The notes under the pieces were generated by a model that was given only the letters and a program-made list of their open reading frames with translations, ran no database searches and was not told the origin of the DNA. This document shows, piece by piece, positions 58,269 to 64,000 of a stretch of DNA of 64,000 nucleotides. The translations under genes were made by a program, and so were the position numbers. Each line of letters begins with the position of its first letter. Positions within the stretch are counted from its first letter, which is position 1. This DNA is from an uncultured bacterium (lineage in GTDB: Bacteria; Patescibacteriota; Minisyncoccia; Phycocordibacterales; UBA918): the NCBI GenBank assembly GCA_965652925.1, contig CBFGXL010000002.1, positions 4,881-68,880 of the forward strand, given 5' to 3'.

Positions 58269-58919
58269 TCAGAAATCGCTGGAGAAGAGGCGGTAGGCCG
58301 AAAGCGTGGCGATAAGCACCATGCTTCTGGTTGATGCATCCTCGAATGATCCGGCCTTGATCATCTCCTCGATCTCTTCGGGGAAGAAGAACTTGGCCTT
58401 GTAGATCTTCTCCCCGCGCTCAGGCGCGATCGCCTGGAGCTTGGACAGGTCTGCCTCGAGAGCGACAAACGGGCTCCACGAAGCTGTGGTCGTCTCGTTC
58501 GTGATGAACTTGCCGAGATCGTGGGTCTCTTTGATGACCCCTGCACCGGCTTCTTCGCCCGCCTCGCGGAGTGCGCCCTCCACCACCGACTCGCCTTCAT
58601 TGACGAACCCCCGCGGAGGTCCCCAGAACGCAAGCGAAGTCTCCCCGTCTGCCGGCGCCGCCGTGTCCCTGGCTTCCTTCACCAAGCCGATCTTCATGCC
58701 GAAGTCGACGGGGTCATGGCCATAGAGGACGGTGATGACGTGGGGCCCTTCAACCGTGATCAGACGGTCGAAGATGGCTGTGCCGTCGGGTTTGCACACC
58801 ACTGCGTGCTCGATGCGGCCATAACGGCCGCCGTCGTAGCCTTCTGGGGTCGGGACCCATTTGGGAGCCACTCCCTCCGGCCACTTCACGAGTGGGTCAG
58901 TTATCAGTCGTTTAGGCAC
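58269..58919 (-). CDS. NUDIX hydrolase
   Basis: Nudix box GFVNEGESVVEGALREAGEEAG; GTG start with AGGAGG RBS. Confidence 0.85.
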   Translation of the reverse strand: MPKRLITDPLVKWPEGVAPKWVPTPEGYDGGRYGRIEHAVVCKPDGTAIFDRLITVEGPHVITVLYGHDPVDFGMKIGLVKEARDTAAPADGETSLAFWGPPRGFVNEGESVVEGALREAGEEAGAGVIKETHDLGKFITNETTTASWSPFVALEADLSKLQAIAPERGEKIYKAKFFFPEEIEEMIKAGSFEDASTRSMVLIATLSAYRLFSSDF

Positions 58920-58949
58920 TGCTACCTCCTTTGAACAGATTCAACTAAT

Positions 58950-58978
58950 ATGATACTACAAAAATGCTTATTTGTCAA
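58950..58978 (-). promoter_or_regulatory. Sigma70 promoter of the NUDIX gene
   Basis: TTGACA-17 nt-TATCAT on the minus strand. Confidence 0.75.
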
Positions 58979-60425
58979 TACTCTGTGTTCGCTTCCGAAG
59001 CATGTTCGAATAGGCAAAACGGACTTGGTTTGCGAACGCGTCCCCTTGTCCGATCGAACGGATCAGCGTTGTGCGCTTGCTGATAGAGATGGCAGCATGC
59101 GCTTCGTGCGTATCGTCGGCGTACACCTGATCCGCCCGGCCGAGAATGTGCTTCAGTACCAAGCGTACATGCCAAGGTATATTGCCGAGCTTCTGGTCGG
59201 CAAGCGTAATGAGGAGAGGAGCTCTCTCTCTTCCCCGCGCAAAGAGTGCAGCAAGTGCTCCGTAACTTGCAAACAGCGCCCACTTGAACATATAGCTGTG
59301 CTCTTTCTGCAGCTGTCGAGCTATGCGCGCACCCGCAAAAGGCAGTAGGAACTTATCAGAAACATGGCCGCGCCCCACTCTGTAAAGCTTCACATTAGGA
59401 AGCGCGCATTCATCAGCCATTGCGCCTTTGGAGAATTTTGTCGTAATGACATCGAAATGGATGTTGGGCATTGCGGACATGAGGTCGCACAGTGCATACT
59501 CGGCCCCTCCTGCATCCGGGAAAAAAGTGGTTGAAAAGACGAGTACTCTTTTTTCGGTCTGTTGCACAGAACCAACTTCGGCCTTGATCTCCTGTATATA
59601 TGTCGGAAGATCGCGCTTTGCCTCCCACCCAAGCGCTTTTGTCTGCGCGTTATCGACTCCGCCATGTATGCGGTTCCCTTTGCGCTCAGGCATCATGATC
59701 ACTTCCCCGCCGAACATGGAAGCCACCTGAAGTACGCTGTATGCAGTATCAGCACCGATCCCATAACCATCACCCTGCCCTTTTTCGGACACGAGGAGCA
59801 ATCCGTCGACGATATCGGAAACATGCGTGAAGTTTCGCTCCTGCGTACCTGGACTCGTGACCGTCAGCGGCTGTCCGTTGCGGTAAAGCTCGGTGAAAAT
59901 GCGTATGAGCGTACCGTATGGGCCCGACATCTCACGCGGACCGTACACGTTGTAGAAATAAGCTATGGCATACTCAAGGCCGAACCATTGTGCGTAGTTG
60001 CACACGAGCTCTGTGTTCGTTGCCTTCATCCATGCGTAGGGACTTTGGTTGCGCCCGTCGCCTCCATCGGCAAACTTCGTTGACGACCCTGCGTATACAA
60101 GCTTGCATCCCTTGCGGCGGCAGAACTCCAGCACTGCAAATGTCCCTGGTTTGTTGAGGTCCCATACCAGTTCTATGTCTTCAAAGCTTTTTTCAGTGCG
60201 TGCATATTCTCCAAGATGAAATACGAGGTCAGGCGTCTCAGGGATAAGTGCTGCTATATCCTTCGTATGTCCAGTTCGATACTCTACTCCCTCAACATGG
60301 TTATTGGGTGTACCGGTGAAATAATTATCGAGTGAGATGACTGTATGACCATCACCAACAAGCCGCTCGCATAAATGCGATCCAATAAATCCAGCTCCTC
60401 CTGTGACCAAAATAGTTTTTGCCAT
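58968..60425 (-). CDS. NAD-dependent sugar epimerase fused to a GT4 N-terminal domain
   Basis: GGAGFIGSH, YAWMK, YNVYG; C-terminal KRVLVFSTTFFPDAGGAE..ASYG. Confidence 0.85.
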   Translation of the reverse strand: MAKTILVTGGAGFIGSHLCERLVGDGHTVISLDNYFTGTPNNHVEGVEYRTGHTKDIAALIPETPDLVFHLGEYARTEKSFEDIELVWDLNKPGTFAVLEFCRRKGCKLVYAGSSTKFADGGDGRNQSPYAWMKATNTELVCNYAQWFGLEYAIAYFYNVYGPREMSGPYGTLIRIFTELYRNGQPLTVTSPGTQERNFTHVSDIVDGLLLVSEKGQGDGYGIGADTAYSVLQVASMFGGEVIMMPERKGNRIHGGVDNAQTKALGWEAKRDLPTYIQEIKAEVGSVQQTEKRVLVFSTTFFPDAGGAEYALCDLMSAMPNIHFDVITTKFSKGAMADECALPNVKLYRVGRGHVSDKFLLPFAGARIARQLQKEHSYMFKWALFASYGALAALFARGRERAPLLITLADQKLGNIPWHVRLVLKHILGRADQVYADDTHEAHAAISISKRTTLIRSIGQGDAFANQVRFAYSNMLRKRTQSIDK

Positions 60426-60433
60426 ACAATCAT

Positions 60434-61792
60434 CTATTCCGCTTTCTTTTTACCCAGCAACACAGCAATAATCCCTAATGTAACAATTCCAAAGAGACCA
60501 AGCAACGGCAGGGATTCTTTGGGGAAAGACGCAGCTTGCTCAACTGAAGCCAAGGCCAGAGCTGTTGATGAGGGTGTCTTCCTCACCACCTCATCCTTCA
60601 CCCGTGTCACCTCCTCTGTGAATGAAAAGTTGCTTGACATAAGCTCTTGTGTCACATCTTCTGTATTGCGTGCAACCGATTCTTCTTTTCTCACACTCGT
60701 TTGCGTATCCTGCGCAACGGCGGGCATTGGCTCATTCTGATCGAGGGTTGCCACAAGCTCACCCTCCTGGTCATACAGGAATACCGAAGCGAAGCTGCCT
60801 CCGAGTCGCTTGCGTTCAATGGTGATCGTACTATTGGGCAAAATGATACTGCGCAATGGAAATTGCAGTCGTTCCCTTCCTTTGAGCGTGTAACCCGATA
60901 CATTAACCTCATACTTGGCGTTATTTTTCAGAAGTACATCACCTTCGGCATTACGCGACAAAGAAAAAGTCACCGGAAGTATTGTGATCGTCGTGCGTTC
61001 AACAGCCTCATGCCGTGTATAAGTGCCGTGGAGTGTGACCACATACTCTCCAGGGTGTGTAAACACATGTGTTACCTTTTTGCCGGCATGTGTGGTGAAG
61101 TCACCGAAATTCCACGTGTACTCAAGCGAGTCAAGGAATGTCTTCCCGAGCCCAGACGGTTCTACATCAAACACAACCGGCTGGTTGACATACGCGATAT
61201 CAGGAGCACGAAGCGAGAGATCGAGTGAATTGTTCGGCAACTGCAGCTCAATGATCTTTTCATCCTCTTTGGCATCATGCTCCGCACCTTCCTCCTCCTC
61301 TTCTTCTGTATGCACCACAAAAGCATCGGGGCCAGAACCGGGAGTTGCCACAGCAGTACGCCATCCAGCATCGGTCTTCTGCGCAGTTTCTTTTGTCGTA
61401 TTATCGCCACCAATATTTTCCCAAGCATCACCACCGGCGACCTGATCCTCAAGTGTCTGATCTGCCGTGCGCAAAGACAGCGTTGCACCGTCATTGGAAA
61501 GCGAACCAGTGTAGATAAGAAAGGCTTTCCCTTCTACAGTCGCATCGTCAGTGCGTTCAAGCACCACATACTCCTTCTGATCAATCGTTCCCATCAGCTC
61601 AATGGAAAAATCTGCATGATCAGTGAGCGTCCAGCCATCAAGCGATACTGGGGCATCGCCGGTGTTATACAGTTCAATCCACTCATCGTTGGGTGAAACC
61701 GCACTTCCCATCCAGGCAATTTCACTGATGATAACTGCGCCATGCGCAATACACGGGAAAACCAGGAAGATAGACGCGGCAAGGAATCTCAT
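60434..61792 (-). CDS. Lamin-tail + PKD domain surface protein with C-terminal TM anchor
   Basis: VIISEIAW..DEWIELYN..LDGWTL; YTWNFGD..HVFTHPGEYVVTL; TM followed by KKK. Confidence 0.85.
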   Translation of the reverse strand: MRFLAASIFLVFPCIAHGAVIISEIAWMGSAVSPNDEWIELYNTGDAPVSLDGWTLTDHADFSIELMGTIDQKEYVVLERTDDATVEGKAFLIYTGSLSNDGATLSLRTADQTLEDQVAGGDAWENIGGDNTTKETAQKTDAGWRTAVATPGSGPDAFVVHTEEEEEEGAEHDAKEDEKIIELQLPNNSLDLSLRAPDIAYVNQPVVFDVEPSGLGKTFLDSLEYTWNFGDFTTHAGKKVTHVFTHPGEYVVTLHGTYTRHEAVERTTITILPVTFSLSRNAEGDVLLKNNAKYEVNVSGYTLKGRERLQFPLRSIILPNSTITIERKRLGGSFASVFLYDQEGELVATLDQNEPMPAVAQDTQTSVRKEESVARNTEDVTQELMSSNFSFTEEVTRVKDEVVRKTPSSTALALASVEQAASFPKESLPLLGLFGIVTLGIIAVLLGKKKAE

Positions 61793-61796
61793 GTTT

Positions 61797-63755
61797 CTAT
61801 GCAAGTGGCGATCTGTCACTCGTGTTGATGCGCATCATCCTTTCAAGACGCTTCGGTGATAACGGATCGTCAATGTTCTTTTTTTCAGCGTATTCCTGGG
61901 CACCTTCCGGTACCGCTGCCTTTTCAGGCTTTTCTGCTATTGGATGCTTCGGCTGTTGGGGAGTTGCTGCTGGTTGTGAACTGTGTTCGGGTTGCACAAT
62001 CGAAGCGAGTGCCTCGCGCAAGGAAGGACTAGGCACTTCTTTAGATATATCTTTTTTATGCTCAGAGGTTTCTACGTTTTTTGTTTTCTTGTCGCTCTCA
62101 TGTGACTTATCTCTCGGTTCATGTGCAGATATAGATCGAAGCACTTCCCGCAACTCATCAAGACTTCGTGTAGATCTGCTTTGTTCCACATTACGACGGT
62201 CGGAGTTACTTGTCCCATGATTGTTTGCGTGTTCACGGGGGCGTTTTTGTCCGTCTTTATTGCCCGGGTTTTCTTTGCGCGGAGGTCTCTCATAATGCTG
62301 CTCCTTTTGCGGTTTGCTATCTGTGCTGTCTATTTTTTTCTCTGTGTCAATTTTTGCAGGAATAGAACCAGCAGTCGCGGGTGAATCAGGCATTCGTACG
62401 TCAGTTTTTTCAGCAGCGGTAGTCTGCGATTCTTTCTTAACTTCATTTCCAGGAAGAAACTCCTGCATGCCGTGCCATTGATAGATCATACGTTCTACTT
62501 CCGACCGAGGATGAGCAAATTGCTTGCGGCTTTGATGGATGATGACATTCTTGTAGGAGATCTGCGCCGGCTTGATGGGCGGTAGCGTCGTTGCCGAAAA
62601 AGGTTGCGACCCAATCCCGTCGATCATAAGCGTGAGGTAGACTTGGGCAAAACCGAGATTGACGATGTCAGGCGCCAAGAATTTTGGGGTAAAAATAGTC
62701 TCAAGCACCTCAGCATCAAAAGGCCCGACGCGGAATGACACAATTGTACCGACGTTTCCGAAAACCGCGTTGCGCACCTCTTCCTCCATCTGTTCAATGT
62801 ACTGGTGTGCGATCGTGAGGTTGAGTTTGTACTTGCGCGCTTCAGAAAGGATATTAGCAAATGTGGCGTTGGCAAATGATTGGAACTCGTCCACATAGAA
62901 ATAAAAGTTCGGCGCAGCCTGCAGTGCCTCCTGTCCCATATCTGCCCGGCTCATTGCCGCAAGATAAATGCGAGTGGTGAGCATTGATCCCAAAAGATTC
63001 GCGTTTGATTCGCCCACCAAGCCTTTGGAAAGGTTCATGATGAGAATCTTCTTCTCGTCCATTATCTTGCGGATATCGAAGCTCGACTTCGGCTGGCCGA
63101 CAATATTGCGGATAAGCGGATTTGCTGTGAACTGTCCGATCTTGTTCTTAATCGCGTCTCCCGCCTCCTGCATGTATCGCTCGTTGTACTTTGCAAATTC
63201 ATCTACCCAGAAGGACCGCACCGAGGGGTCTTTGATGTTATCCACCACCTTCTTGCGGTAGTTTTTATCAGAAAGCATGCGGTTAACTCCAAGGAGGGTT
63301 GAGTCAGGATATTCCAACAGCGCCATGAGCGTATTCTGAAGAATGTACGCCATACGCGCGCTCCATGCGTCCACCCAGATCTTCTCAAACACCGACATCA
63401 AACCCGACACCACCAAGTGGCGTTTATCGGGCCCAACGTCCTCCATGACGTTGAATGACACAGGATACTCCATATCAAACGGTGCAAAGTAGAGCACATC
63501 GTCTTTCCGTTCTTCTGGGATGTAGTCGAGGAGCGTTTCGGCTGTCTGGCCGTGCGGGTCGATGAAAGCAAGTCCGTTGCCATTCTTTATGTCCTGGATG
63601 GCCATATTCTCAAGGAGGGTCGACTTACCCATTCCTGTTTTTCCAATCACGTAAACGTGCCGGGTACGGTCTTTCGCCTTAATGCCAAAAGGCACGCTTT
63701 GCCCACGCGCATCGGTCTGTGCAAAAAAAGTGATCTGTTCAGGATCAAAACTCAT
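61797..63755 (-). CDS. VirD4/TraG/HerA-like P-loop ATPase with disordered C-terminal tail
   Basis: RHVYVIGKTGMGKST, IDPHG, YVDEFQ, EARKY, AHQYIEQ. Confidence 0.88.
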   Translation of the reverse strand: MSFDPEQITFFAQTDARGQSVPFGIKAKDRTRHVYVIGKTGMGKSTLLENMAIQDIKNGNGLAFIDPHGQTAETLLDYIPEERKDDVLYFAPFDMEYPVSFNVMEDVGPDKRHLVVSGLMSVFEKIWVDAWSARMAYILQNTLMALLEYPDSTLLGVNRMLSDKNYRKKVVDNIKDPSVRSFWVDEFAKYNERYMQEAGDAIKNKIGQFTANPLIRNIVGQPKSSFDIRKIMDEKKILIMNLSKGLVGESNANLLGSMLTTRIYLAAMSRADMGQEALQAAPNFYFYVDEFQSFANATFANILSEARKYKLNLTIAHQYIEQMEEEVRNAVFGNVGTIVSFRVGPFDAEVLETIFTPKFLAPDIVNLGFAQVYLTLMIDGIGSQPFSATTLPPIKPAQISYKNVIIHQSRKQFAHPRSEVERMIYQWHGMQEFLPGNEVKKESQTTAAEKTDVRMPDSPATAGSIPAKIDTEKKIDSTDSKPQKEQHYERPPRKENPGNKDGQKRPREHANNHGTSNSDRRNVEQSRSTRSLDELREVLRSISAHEPRDKSHESDKKTKNVETSEHKKDISKEVPSPSLREALASIVQPEHSSQPAATPQQPKHPIAEKPEKAAVPEGAQEYAEKKNIDDPLSPKRLERMMRINTSDRSPLA

Positions 63756-63814
63756 TACCAAAAGTATAACAGAATGTGCACTAAAGTAAGCGCCGTATAG
63801 TCAGCGAACATCAA

Positions 63815-64000
63815 TCACTGCCGGAAATAACTGTGGTACCAATGGACGAACTTCTGTACGCCCTCTGAAACCGACACCCTCGCTTCGAAGCCCAACAGTT
63901 CCCTTGCTTTAGCAGTGTCTGCATACGTTTCATACACATCGCCGTCCTGCATAGGCAGCATATTCTTCTTTGCTACCATGTTAAGTTCTTTTTCAAGAAT
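63815..64000 (-). CDS. C-terminus of a UDP-glucuronate-4-epimerase-like SDR (partial)
   Basis: Manual translation ILEKELNMVAKKNMLPMQDGDVYETYADTAKARELLGF..EGVQKFVHWY..*. Confidence 0.82.
   Translation of the reverse strand: MLEKELNMVAKKNMLPMQDGDVYETYADTAKARELLGFEARVSVSEGVQKFVHWYHSYFRQ

Noticed and set aside
1-64000. Alternative genetic code (UGA=Gly)
   Set aside because: Genes such as those ending at 779 and 45866 stop at TGA directly beside the next start, and long ORFs are intact in code 11

Overview
Chromosomal segment with no RNA genes, CRISPR array or recognisable mobile element. Gene content and style suggest a Patescibacteria/CPR (Parcubacteria-like) bacterium using the standard code; this is an inference. 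Three blocks, almost all on the minus strand. (1) 1-25.6 kb is a closely packed surface-structure operon: two membrane-anchored HTH proteins, a 2952-aa secreted tail-fibre-like protein with a 7-repeat LVIVD propeller and a peptidase-G2-like chaperone domain, a 3833-aa multi-beta-propeller protein, two paralogous pilin/WxL-like subunits, a DUF916-like membrane-anchored Ig protein, and an FN3 protein missed by the ORF track. The FN3 protein and one subunit share an N-terminal TDEFxVxQxV strand, suggesting a donor-strand-assembled fibre with no usher or sortase in the window. (2) 25.6-38 kb holds housekeeping genes (gatB, obgE, secA, murB), an unannotated 53-aa histone-H1-like gene with a DnaA box beside its promoter, an O-antigen-ligase/TPR gene and a C39-like peptidase. 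(3) 38-64 kb is a glycan locus with PAPS synthase (sat-cysC), a sulfotransferase, methyl/acetyl transferases, deacetylases, GT4s and Wzx, pointing to a sulfated surface glycan. It is followed by a lamin-tail/PKD gene and a VirD4/HerA-like ATPase. All calls come from motif recognition by eye; no database searches were run.
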